Below the pieces are notes generated by a model that was not told where the DNA came from, did no database searches, and saw nothing but the letters and a program-made list of their open reading frames with translations. Source: an uncultured Acidimicrobiaceae bacterium (GTDB lineage Bacteria > Actinomycetota > Acidimicrobiia > Acidimicrobiales > RAAP-2). Taken from it: 64,000 bases of DNA. The position numbers were made by a program, and so were the translations under genes. The DNA is taken from the NCBI GenBank assembly GCA_963804305.1, contig CAWDPR010000004.1, positions 121,429 through 185,428 on the forward strand, written 5' to 3'. This document shows positions 53,691-63,692 of this stretch, piece by piece; position 1 is the stretch's first letter, and the number at the start of each line of letters is the position of its first letter.

Positions 53691-55220
53691 CTACCTCAGT
53701 GTGACGAAACGATTGACGATATCGAGCAGTTCGCCGTTTCGCACGAGTTCAGCGACGGCCGCGATCTCGGGCGACAGCCAGCGATCATGGCCCGGTCCGC
53801 CCGAGACTGCGTTCACCCGGTCGCTCACCGCACCGGTCGCGGCCGAGGGTGTGAGCGGACGCCGCAGGGCGAGCGCGCGAGCGCCGGCGAGGAGTTCGAT
53901 CGCGAGCACGTCCGCGAAGGCGTCGAGCGACTTGCGCAACTTGCGCGCGGCGTGCCAGCCCATCGAAACGTGGTCCTCTTGCATACCCGAGGACGGGATC
54001 GAGTCGACGCTCGCCGGTGCCGCCAACCGCTTCATCTCCGAGACCAGGCCGGCCTGGGCGTACTGCGCGATCATGAGACCCGAGTCGACGCCGGCCTGAT
54101 CGGCGAGGAATGGGGGTAGTCCGTAGCTGCGGTTCTCGTCGAGCATCCGGTCGGTGCGACGTTCCGACATCGAGGCGACGTCGGCCAGCACGATCGCCAG
54201 GAAATCGAGGGCATACCCCACGGGCGCGCCGTGGAAGTTGCCGTTGGACGCCAAGGTCCCGTCGGCGAGGACCGAGGGATTGTCGATGGCCGAGGCCAGC
54301 TCGACGTCGGCCACGTGCGTCGCGTAGGCGAAGGTGTCGCGCGCGGCGCCGTGGACCTGGGGGGCGCAGCGCAGGGAGTAGGCGTCCTGGACCTGGGTCT
54401 CGTCGTCGAGGTGCGAGTTCACGATCACGGAGTCGGCCAGGAGTGCCGCGAGATTCGCCGCACTGACCCGTTGACCGACGTGTGGACGCAGCGCGTGAAT
54501 CTCGTCGAGGAACACCTGGTCGGTCCCGCGCAGCGCCTGGATCGATATCGCGGCGGCGACGTCCATAAGTTCCATCAACGCCGTGCCGTCGGCGAGGGCG
54601 AGGATCAGTTGACCGAGCATGCCGTCGGTGCCGTTGATCAGCGCCAGTCCTTCCTTCTCGGCGAGCACGACCGGTTCGAGGCCGTTGGCCTTGAGCGCGT
54701 CCTTCGCCAGGAGGCGTTGGCCGCCGCGGTCGCGCACGTCGCCCTCGCCCATAAGCGCCAGGGCCACGTGCGCCAGGGGCGCCAAGTCGCCCGAACAGCC
54801 GAGCGAGCCAAACTCGTGCACGATCGGGGTGATGCCGGCGTTGAGCAAGGCGCAGTACGCCTCGGCGGTGCTGCGCCGAACGCCCGAGACGCCGCTGCAG
54901 AGATTCGTGAGACGCGAGACCATCATCGCTCGGACCACTTCGGTTTCGACTTCGGGCCCGACGCCCGCGGCGTGGCTGCGGATCAACGATCGCTGCAGGT
55001 CGCGTCGCTCGTCGGGCGAAATGAACGTCGTCGCCAGCGAACCAAATCCGGTCGACAGCCCGTAGATGGGCGAACCGCCTTCGACGAGCGCATCGATCGC
55101 CGCGCGCTGTTCGTCGATGCGTGCGAGCACGTCCTCACCCAGGGCGATTGGCTCGAATCGCCGGGCGACCGCGACCAGCTCCTCGCGGGTCATTGGATCC
55201 ATGCTGATGACTACGGCCAT
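53691..55220 (-). CDS. hutH: Histidine ammonia-lyase
   Basis: GSLGCSGDLAPLAH is the MIO loop, with Cys-Ser-Gly at 54789-54797. The length (509 aa) and motifs are typical of HAL. Confidence 0.92.
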   Translation of the reverse strand: MAVVISMDPMTREELVAVARRFEPIALGEDVLARIDEQRAAIDALVEGGSPIYGLSTGFGSLATTFISPDERRDLQRSLIRSHAAGVGPEVETEVVRAMMVSRLTNLCSGVSGVRRSTAEAYCALLNAGITPIVHEFGSLGCSGDLAPLAHVALALMGEGDVRDRGGQRLLAKDALKANGLEPVVLAEKEGLALINGTDGMLGQLILALADGTALMELMDVAAAISIQALRGTDQVFLDEIHALRPHVGQRVSAANLAALLADSVIVNSHLDDETQVQDAYSLRCAPQVHGAARDTFAYATHVADVELASAIDNPSVLADGTLASNGNFHGAPVGYALDFLAIVLADVASMSERRTDRMLDENRSYGLPPFLADQAGVDSGLMIAQYAQAGLVSEMKRLAAPASVDSIPSSGMQEDHVSMGWHAARKLRKSLDAFADVLAIELLAGARALALRRPLTPSAATGAVSDRVNAVSGGPGHDRWLSPEIAAVAELVRNGELLDIVNRFVTLR

Positions 55221-56134
55221 TGGGCCCTCCTTCGCACGCCCGCGAGCGCCTCGAGTACCAACAGCGCCGCGAGGCGGACCGTTCGTTGGTCATCGGTGTC
55301 GCGTTCGACGTCGATCTCGGTGAAATCGATGGCGCAGACCGCGTGTTGCACGGCTACTTCGCGAACGAAGCGGCGCATCTCGTCGGCGCTCAGTCCTCCG
55401 GGTGCCGCGGCGGGACACGCCGGTACGACCGATCGATCCGCGGCGTCCATGTCGATGTCGACGTAGACCCGCCGGCCCCCGGAACCGGCCAGCGCCACGG
55501 CGCGCCTCGCCGCCTCCTCCACCGATTCGTGTCGAAGAACGTCACGCGAGATCACGGTGACGCCGGCGTCATGGGCGCGCTGCGCGTACACCGCCGAGTT
55601 GGAGAAATCGGCCAGCCCCACCTGGACCACGTGATGGCCGTCCAGACCGTCGTCGAGGAGTTGACGGACCGGTGATCCGTTCGAGACGCCGTCGCGCATG
55701 TCAAGGTGGGCGTCGAGTGTGACGAGCCCAAAGTTCGAATAGTCGCCTCGAGCGAGTGCGCGTAACGAATGCCAGGTGGCGGCGTTGTCACCACCCAAGA
55801 TGAGACGAAGCGCCACCTCGGGAGCCCAACGCTCCAGAGCTTGCGCCACCCGTTCGCCGCCGCCAACGCCATCGGGGTCGTCCACGTCGCCGTAGTCAAC
55901 GAGGGCGACGTGCTCAGCGATGTCGAGGGCGTCGGTGAACGACCACGTCGAGTAGCGCTCCAACGCTCGTCGCACGGCCTCGGGCGTACTCGTCCTCGAA
56001 CGCGGTGACACTGACGTGGCAAAGGTCGAGACACCCAAAAGTCCGACGTTGCGCTTCGCGTCGACTGGTTGGCTCGCGAGCACCGTGGCGGCCGAGAGCC
56101 AGTTGGGATCGTCGCTGTAGGCCACGGTGCCCAT
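55211..56134 (-). CDS. Arginase/ureohydrolase-family protein, probable formimidoylglutamase
   Basis: Metal-ligand motifs are LDAHLDMRD, GGDN and DIDMDAAD. It is the first gene of the hut cluster and overlaps hutH by 10 bp. Confidence 0.75.
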   Translation of the reverse strand: MGTVAYSDDPNWLSAATVLASQPVDAKRNVGLLGVSTFATSVSPRSRTSTPEAVRRALERYSTWSFTDALDIAEHVALVDYGDVDDPDGVGGGERVAQALERWAPEVALRLILGGDNAATWHSLRALARGDYSNFGLVTLDAHLDMRDGVSNGSPVRQLLDDGLDGHHVVQVGLADFSNSAVYAQRAHDAGVTVISRDVLRHESVEEAARRAVALAGSGGRRVYVDIDMDAADRSVVPACPAAAPGGLSADEMRRFVREVAVQHAVCAIDFTEIDVERDTDDQRTVRLAALLVLEALAGVRRRAQWP

Positions 56135-56204
56135 GTTACGCAGACACCCTGCGACAAGGACTTATGCGTTTAGACCCGCGACGATCGACCTTCGAGGGCG
56201 CCTC

Positions 56205-57740
56205 TCAGCGATCGACGACGCGCACGCCCTCGTCGTTGGTCTCCTCGGGACTCGGCGTGATGAAGGCCGGTACCGCGGTCGGTTCAAGTCCCTGGTGCAG
56301 GTCGTCGACGTAGACGGGCGACGGCACGGCGGTGTACTCACCTTCGGCCGTGCGTGACACGACGTTCGGGGTCTTGCGCTTGCCCGCGCCCTTGACCCCT
56401 TGGAGTTCCTTGCAGATCTTGTATGTGATCGGATACGCCACGAACGGGGAGAGGATCACGAGGAACCTCATCGCGATCAGCACCGTATTGAGCGAGACGT
56501 GGAAGAAGTTGGCCAGCACGTCGGTCGAACTCGCGATGAAGAGCATCCCGAGGAGCGACAGCAACGCGACCCCCGCCGCGGTGCGCTTGGGACGATTGCT
56601 CGGACGGTCCAGGAGATGATGGATCTCGTTGTCCTTCGTGAATCTGCGCTCGATCGCGGGCCACGCGAAGGCGATGTTGAAGATGATCCCCGGCAAGATC
56701 ACGGCCGGTATCAAGACCTCGAACGGAATCGTATAGCCCCAACTATGGAACGACCACGAGGGCCAGATGCGTAGCGCGCCGTCGAGGAAGCCCATGTACC
56801 AGTCCGGTTGCACGGCGTAGGAGATGCGCGCGGCGTCGTAGGGGCCGAACTGCCAGATCGGGTTGACCTGTGCGAACGCGCCGAGCAGTGCGGTCACACC
56901 GGCGACGATGAACAAGAAACCCGTCGTCTTGGCCATGAAGACCGGGAACATCGGTGAGCCGACGACATTCTTCTCGGTACGTCCCTCGCCCGGGAACTGG
57001 GTGTGCTTTTGGCGCACGAGCAAGAAGAGGTGGGCGCTGACCAGCCCGATGATAATGAGCGGCACGATCAAACAGTGCAGGATGAAGAACCGCGGAATGA
57101 TCGCCGTGCCGGGGAAGTTCCCCCCGAAGACCCAGAAGCCCAGGTACGAGCCCACCAGTGGGATCGACAAGATGATCGAGTAGGCGATGCGGATACCGGT
57201 ACCCGACACGAGGTCGTCGGGCAACGAGTAGCCGAGGAAGCCGTTCACGATGGCGAGGATCAACAGCGTCGTGCCGATCGTCCAGTTCAGTTCGCGCGGC
57301 TTGCGGAACGCGCCCGTGAAGAACACCCGCGCCATGTGCACGACGATCGCGCCCACGAAGATGTCACAGGCCCAGTGATGCATCTGGCGCATCAAGAGAC
57401 CGCCGCGCACGGCGAAGGAGAGGTTGACCGTGGAGGAGAAGGCCTGGGTCATCTTCTGCCCGTCAAGGGGCAGGTAACCACCGTGATACGTGACGATCGC
57501 CGAACTCGGGATGTAGTACAGCGTGAGGAAGACACCGGTCACGAGAAGGATGACGAAGGAGTACAGCGCGATCTCGCCGAGCATGAACGACCAGTGGTCG
57601 GGGAAGATCTTGTCCATGAACGTGCGCCCGCCGCGTGCCACGCCCAAGCGGTCGTCCAATTCGTCGAGAGTCTTGCCGACTCGGCCGTAGGGGCCGAGCG
57701 CCGCTCGCCGAGAGCGTTGGGTGTCGATGACGTCGCTCAC
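56205..57740 (-). CDS. qcrB: Cytochrome bc1 complex cytochrome b subunit
   Basis: FPDHWSFMLGEIALYSF ... HHWA ... long actinobacterial C-terminal extension. GTG start 57740 overlaps the qcrA stop (GTGA). Confidence 0.93.
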   Translation of the reverse strand: MSDVIDTQRSRRAALGPYGRVGKTLDELDDRLGVARGGRTFMDKIFPDHWSFMLGEIALYSFVILLVTGVFLTLYYIPSSAIVTYHGGYLPLDGQKMTQAFSSTVNLSFAVRGGLLMRQMHHWACDIFVGAIVVHMARVFFTGAFRKPRELNWTIGTTLLILAIVNGFLGYSLPDDLVSGTGIRIAYSIILSIPLVGSYLGFWVFGGNFPGTAIIPRFFILHCLIVPLIIIGLVSAHLFLLVRQKHTQFPGEGRTEKNVVGSPMFPVFMAKTTGFLFIVAGVTALLGAFAQVNPIWQFGPYDAARISYAVQPDWYMGFLDGALRIWPSWSFHSWGYTIPFEVLIPAVILPGIIFNIAFAWPAIERRFTKDNEIHHLLDRPSNRPKRTAAGVALLSLLGMLFIASSTDVLANFFHVSLNTVLIAMRFLVILSPFVAYPITYKICKELQGVKGAGKRKTPNVVSRTAEGEYTAVPSPVYVDDLHQGLEPTAVPAFITPSPEETNDEGVRVVDR

Positions 57741-58676
57741 GAGCGCTCCCAGAATCCAGGGCCGACTGGCTCGTGGTACCCGCTCTGGCTACGCAGGTAC
57801 CCCGACGAGTCGATGTAGAGCGGCAGTTGCGGCAACGGTCGAGGGGCGGGACCGAATTGGGGCACGGCACCGTTGGTCACGTTGAACATCGATTGGTGGC
57901 ACGGGCACACCAGGAGCTGGAGCTGCTGCTCGTAGAGGCCGACGGGGCATCCGAGGTGGGTGCAGACCTTGGAGTACGCGACGTACCCCTTGGGCGCCCA
58001 GGACTCGCGACCCTTCATCGTCGTGAATCCCTCGTTGGACACACGTATCAATACGGTTTGGTCCACGGCCTGGCCCCGATCGGTGTTCTGGGTGCCTTCG
58101 GGGAAGACCGTCGACGATCGATCCGATCGCGAGGTCGCCCTCCATGACGCGCCGTCCGCTCTGGTCGACGACGTAGGAGCCCTTCTTCCAGTCGGTGGTG
58201 TCGAGGGTCGTCTTGGGCAAGGGGCCGAGGCTGCGAAGGAGCGGGAAGAGGGCGACGAGCCCGAAGATGCCCAGACCGCCACCGAGCAGTCCGCCGAGCA
58301 TCTTTCGACGCTTGACGACGCCGCCACCGCGCTCGACGATGACCGCGGCAAACGCGTCGCGGTCGGCCTTGGAGTTCGCGAGCGTGTGGCGCTCTTCGAC
58401 GAACGGGCCGCGCGGCATGAGGTACTTGCCCCAGGCGACGAGTCCGACACCGACGAAGAAGAAGCCGCCGCCCATGGTGGCGCCGAGCTTCCAGGGCTGG
58501 GCGCTGATCCAGTAACAGGCGCCGAACCCGGCGAAGCAGAACGCGCCCAAGACAAAGCAGACCGCGATGACGCGCTCGACCAACTGCGGGTTGCGCGCCG
58601 CCGGCTGGAGATGCGGATCATCGGCCGCGAGACCCGAGAGGGACACGGGCGTACGAAGTTCGTGTTCTTCGCTCAA
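57737..58676 (-). pseudogene. qcrA: Rieske Fe-S subunit of the bc1 complex, interrupted by an apparent 1-nt insertion near 58109-58112
   Basis: The N-terminal 188 aa (TM helices, ...VMEGDLAIGSIV) are in one frame. The C-terminal part (TVFPEGTQ...CTHLGCP...CPCHQS) is in the frame offset by one. The TTG start at 58676 has SD AGGGGAG. Confidence 0.85.
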
Positions 58677-59570
58677 TCTCGCTCCCCTACCCAGAAGCCC
58701 ACCAGGGCCAACACGCCAACGCCGAGTGCCAGGCCGACGAATCCTTCCGCGACCGGACCGAGTCCACCAAGACCGAACCCACCGGGGTTGTCGCGGGTGT
58801 TGAATCTCCGTCGTCACGTACTTCACGATGTCGTTCACCTGGTAGTCGCTCAAGTTGCCGGTGAATCGCGGCATGTTCCCGGGACCGGTGCGGATCGCTT
58901 CGGCGACTTGGAACGCGGGAACGTGGCGCAGCGACGGTGAGAAGGTGCTGCTCGCGAGCGCGTCGCCGTCACCCTCGATCGTGTGACACGAGGCGCAGTT
59001 GAGCGCGAAGAGCGCGGCGCCATCAGACACCTTGGCGATCTTGAGATTGAGTTTGGGGATGTACGGGTAGCTCGGCGATAGGGAGTTCACCCACGCCGCG
59101 ATTGCGAGCGCCTGCTGCGGGTCGAGACGCGGAGTACGTCGCGCCGCTTCGACCGAACGCGGGTTGGTCGCGGGCATGCGGCCCGAGTCGACCCAGAAGT
59201 CGATGGTCGCCGGCCCGAGACCGACGAGGTCCGGGTAGGCCCCGCTCGTCCCGTTGGCCGGCACGCCGTTGGCCTCGGTCCCGTGACACGATGCGCAGTT
59301 CTGCTGGAAGAGCGCATCGCCCAGCGTGGCGAGCGCGGCAGAGGGCGCGCTGTAGGTGATCGCCGTGTCGCCGTAGGAGATGATGACGCCGTCACTGTTC
59401 TTCTTCACGACGTCAGAGTTCGGGGTTCCGGCGTTCTTGCGCGTCGTCTGATAGGGCGTCGTCTTGTTCGACGAAGCCTGCGCGCCGCCCACGAACAACA
59501 GCGCCGGAGCGACGGCGAAGAGGGTGACCACACCGAGTGCGCAGTAGCGCTTGAAGAGGGGGGACTTCAC
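58673..59570 (-). pseudogene. qcrC: Diheme cytochrome c subunit of the bc1 complex, interrupted by an apparent 1-nt insertion near 58790-58800
   Basis: Two CASCH heme motifs are in the main frame. The conserved C-terminal anchor DNPGGFGLGGLGPVAEGFVGLALGVGVLALVGFWVGERD* is in the adjacent frame and ends at 58673. Confidence 0.85.
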
Positions 59571-59577
59571 GGACGAC

Positions 59578-60174
59578 CTACTTCAGCAAGAAGAGGGCCG
59601 AGTAGAGCCCAATCCAGACGACATCGACGAAGTGCCAGTAGTAGCTCACCCCTTGGAACGTGGACAACTCACCCGGGTCGCCTTCGGTGCCGCGCATGCG
59701 AAAGAGAAGGAACGACATGGCGACGAGACCCAAGATGACGTGCAGTCCGTGCAGACCGGTGGTGATGAAGAAAACGGAACCGTAGGAATTCGTGTACCAG
59801 CGTGTGGCGAGGTGCGTCCACTCGTAGGCCTGGTTGGAGACGAACAACGCGCCCATGATGATCGTGATGATGATCCAGCGACGAGCCTCGGCGCGACGTC
59901 GATGTTCGATCAACCACACGGCGTACTGCATCGTGAATGAGGACGCGACGAGGATGATCGTGAAGATGCCCGATTGAAGGACGTCGAGGTGTGTGCCGAC
60001 GGGAGGCCACGCCGCCAGGTGGGCGCGGATAGTAAACAATGCGGCGAAGAGTCCCGAGAAGAACATCAACTCGCTGCCGAGCCAAATCATCACTCCGATG
60101 GCCAACATCGGGGGACGATCGTGAACAATCTTCTCTTGCTTCGCCAGGCTATTGGGGGAAATCGCCTGACTCAC
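59578..60174 (-). CDS. ctaE: Cytochrome c oxidase subunit III
   Basis: W..SE.M.F..LF ... GLHGLHV..G ... YWHFVDVVW. Confidence 0.93.
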   Translation of the reverse strand: MSQAISPNSLAKQEKIVHDRPPMLAIGVMIWLGSELMFFSGLFAALFTIRAHLAAWPPVGTHLDVLQSGIFTIILVASSFTMQYAVWLIEHRRRAEARRWIIITIIMGALFVSNQAYEWTHLATRWYTNSYGSVFFITTGLHGLHVILGLVAMSFLLFRMRGTEGDPGELSTFQGVSYYWHFVDVVWIGLYSALFLLK

Positions 60175-60229
60175 GGCTACATTTCTAGCGGAAATTCAGA
60201 CCCCGGTGCGTCAAGTGGGATGAAAAGGC

Positions 60230-62536
60230 TCAGCCGAGTGTCGGAGGAAACGTCTCAGAGGCGACGATGGCGAGGCGACGGGTCGGACGGGTCATGGCCA
60301 CGTAGAGGGTTCGCAGTCCTCGCGGCGTCACGAACGGGCAGCCCTTCGCGCCGCGACTCGCTATCTGGCAGGGTTCAACGACGACGACCGCGTCGAACTC
60401 GAGACCGTTGGCGCCTTCGGCGGCCAGGACGACGAGGTCAGCACCCAGTCCGCGAGAGTCCTGGTCCCTCGGGTCGATGGCGTCGAGACCCTTGGACCGG
60501 AGGATTGCGACGATCTCCTCGACGCGCTCGCCCGTGACGATCACCGCCACGCGGCCGGGCGTGACGGCATCTACTTCGCGTCGGGTCACTTCCACCAACG
60601 TGGCGGCGAACTCGCTCGCGCTCACGTGATCGATGGTCGGCGCGTGGCCGGCACGACGAACGGGGCGAGGTGGTTCGATCTCGGGAGCCGCAGCGAAGAG
60701 CGTGGGGGCGGCGAAGTCCAGGACCTCCTCGGGGGTGCGGTAACTCACCGTGAGGTCCACTCGGGTGGGGGTCCGGCGCGGTTCGAGGACCTCCAGCACC
60801 GCGTTCCACGACGCCGACGAGGAGGCGGTCGTCGCTTGGCCCATGTCCCCGACGATGGTCATTGAACCAGTCAGGTCTCGACGCTTCAGGACCCGAAGCT
60901 CCATGGGTGAGAGGTCTTGTGCTTCGTCGATGACGATGTGCCCGTAGGTCACGAACTCGGCCTCGTCGAGCTCGGTGCTCTGGGTGGGCGCGAGCCGCTG
61001 GGCCTCGCGAAGGGCCGCGGCGCGCACGTCACCGGCGTACGAGTCCAGGTCGATGCCATCGAGGATCCCCGATTCGGCGAGTTCACGGCCGGTCGGGGCC
61101 GGCGAATTGGTCCGAGGAGCACGCGAGCCTCGTCGATCAACGCCGCGTCGGCCTTGGTCCACTTCACTTCGTCGAGGGACGAGGATCGCCCCCGCTGCAA
61201 CAGTTCGATCTCCTCGTCGCTCAGGATTCCCTTGCCCGCGGCGCGTAGAAGTGCCGGCGCGCCGAAGAGGTCGTGGAGGAGTTCCTGTCCCGAGAGTCGG
61301 GGCCAGATCCGCTCGAGGACGTACTTGAACTGCGTCGTCGATCGAATGAGGTCGGCGAGTTCGCCCACGGCGTTGACCTCGTCGACGCCCTCGCGCACGA
61401 ATCGCTCGTAGTACTCGTTAGCGAGTCGGTTGGCCAACTCACGCCCGACGGCGGAGCGACGCTGGTTGTGGTTGCCCGGGCGTCGCCGCGCTCGCTCGAC
61501 GGTCTCGTGCGTGTACTTCGCTCGCAATACCACGATGGCGCGCCCCACGGGGATCTCGACGTCGTCCTTCAGCGGTCGCTCGCGGGTCCGAACGGCCCGG
61601 GCGAGGAAGCGGGCCATGCGCAGGTCGCCCTTCAGCTGGTCGACGGGCTCGGTGTCACGCCCTCGGATCTCGACGTTGGTCACCAGTCCCGAAATTGTTG
61701 AGAGTGTGACCCCGGACTCGCCGAGTGACGGCAAGACGTTCTCGATGTAGTTCAAGAAGAGCGGGTTCGGGCCTACGACGAGCACACCCTGACGCTCCAA
61801 GGTGGCGCGGTGGGTGAAGAGGAGGTAGGCCGCCCGGTGCAGAGCCACGGCCGTCTTGCCCGTGCCCGGTCCACCCTGTACGAGCAGCACGCCCGCGAGG
61901 GGGTTGCGGATGATCCGGTCCTGCTCTCCTTGGATGGTGGCGACGATGTCGCCCATTCGTCCGGTACGAGCGCGACCGAGCGCCGCGAGTAGCGCACCTG
62001 GGCCCGCCCAACGCCAATCCCCCATCGACGAGGCCTTCAGCGGTCGCGTCGCGGACTTCATCGTCGGGCAATGAGAGTTCGCCGTTCGCGTCGGCGAAGT
62101 ATTCGTCCTCGACGCCAGTGACCTCGTGGCCCTTGATCGCCACGTGACGACGACGCGAGAGTCCGAGTGGTTCGACACCCGTGGCGCGGTAGAACGCCTC
62201 GGCGACGGGTGCACGCCAGTCGATGACGAGCGGATTGAGTTGGTCATCGGAGACGGCCAATCGACCGACGTGGTAGTCGTCGCCCTGTCCGAACTCATTC
62301 GGTGCGTAGTCGATGCGACCGAAGAAAAGCGGCTGGTCGCCGATCGCGAGTTGGTCGAGACGATGTAACGCGGTGCCCATGACGACGTCGCGTTCGACGA
62401 GGTCGCCCGCGCCACGCATGTTCGCCACCGCCGCGCTGTCGCGCAGCGATCGGGCTTCGTCACGCATGTGATCGAGCGCCCGAAGGGCGAGATCGAGGAA
62501 AGCCTGTTCTTCCTTGATCTCACGTTCGTGCGCCAT
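60230..62536 (-). pseudogene. helD: HelD-type UvrD-like helicase (RNA polymerase recycling ATPase), split over three frames by two 1-nt indels
   Basis: The N-terminal domain is FFGRIDY...HVGRLAVSD...LVIDWRAPVAEAFY (62536 to about 62010). The Walker A segment LVQGGPGTGKT occupies the second frame (about 62010 to 61100). DEAQD and the C-terminal YVAMTRPTRRL are in the third (about 61100 to 60230). Confidence 0.85.
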
Positions 62537-62654
62537 TGCGTCCTCTCACACTCTCAAAATTGAGAAATTTCAAGTCTAGGGCACGACCGGGCGAACGGTT
62601 CAAAACCGACTTCCACGCACGTCACGTAGATTGAGAACGACACTAAGGAGAGGT

Positions 62655-63692
62655 GTGAACGAGCCAGTTTTCTTGCGGGCCTGCCGTGGCGAGAGTGTTG
62701 ACCACGTGCCGGTCTGGTTCATGCGCCAAGCCGGTCGATCGCTTCCCGAATACCGCGAACTTCGCGGCGATGGCTCCATTCTCGACGCCATCGCCGATCC
62801 CGAGCTCGCTTGTGAGATCACGCTCCAACCGGTTCGTCGCTACGGCGTCGACGCGGCGATCTTGTTCTCCGACATCGTCGTCCCCTTCCACTCAATCGGC
62901 TTCGGTGTCGAGATCGTGCCCGGTCGCGGTCCGGTCATCAAGGATCCGTTCACGAGCACCGCCGACCTCGAGCGCCTGCGCGACCTCGACGACGTTGACA
63001 TTGCGCACGTGACCCAGACCATCGATCTGGTCGTGAAGGAACTGGCGACCGCCAACACGCCGCTCATCGGCTTCGCCGGTGCGCCGTTCACGGTCGCCAG
63101 TTATCTCGTCGAAGGAGCGCCCACTCGCGACTTCGCCGTCATCAAGACGATGATGCATCGAGAACCGCTGCTCTTCGACCTCTTGCTCGACCGACTGTGC
63201 GAGATCACCATCACCTTCCTGCGCGCCCAAGTGGCCCACGGCGCGCGCGCCCTGCAACTCTTCGATTCGTGGGCCGGGTCGTTAACGCGCGATGAGTATC
63301 GACGATTCGCGCTTCCGGCGACGCAGCGCGTAATTGACGGCGTCGCCGACCTCGACGTGCCGACCATCCTTTTCGGCGTCGGCACCGGTGAACTCCTCGA
63401 CTTAATGTGCGGGGCCCAGAGCACCGTCATGGGGATCGACTGGCACGTCGACCTGGACGAGGGACGTCGCAGGGTCGGCAACCGCGTCGTCCAGGGCAAC
63501 CTCGATCCCGCGCGTTGCCTCGCAGGGAGCGACTTGGCGGTCGAAGCGGCCCGCGAGGTACTCGCCAAGGCCGGCAAGGATGCCGGCCACATCTTCAACC
63601 TCGGGCATGGCGTCTTGCCCCAAACCGATCCGAGCTGCCTCGAAGCCGTCGTGCGGGTCGTGCACGACGAGGGACGGGCGGGTGTGCGATGA
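62655..63692 (+). CDS. hemE: Uroporphyrinogen decarboxylase
   Basis: FLRACRGE.VDHVPVWFMRQAGR ... ILFSD ... FDSWAG. SD AAGGAGAGG precedes GTG 62655; the ORF opens at TTG 62631. Confidence 0.93.
   Translation: MNEPVFLRACRGESVDHVPVWFMRQAGRSLPEYRELRGDGSILDAIADPELACEITLQPVRRYGVDAAILFSDIVVPFHSIGFGVEIVPGRGPVIKDPFTSTADLERLRDLDDVDIAHVTQTIDLVVKELATANTPLIGFAGAPFTVASYLVEGAPTRDFAVIKTMMHREPLLFDLLLDRLCEITITFLRAQVAHGARALQLFDSWAGSLTRDEYRRFALPATQRVIDGVADLDVPTILFGVGTGELLDLMCGAQSTVMGIDWHVDLDEGRRRVGNRVVQGNLDPARCLAGSDLAVEAAREVLAKAGKDAGHIFNLGHGVLPQTDPSCLEAVVRVVHDEGRAGVR

Noticed and set aside
62537-62654. Rifamycin-associated element (GC-rich inverted repeat) upstream of helD
   Set aside because: No such GC-rich dyad is present. 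Only an AT-rich TCTCAA/TTGAGA dyad was seen.
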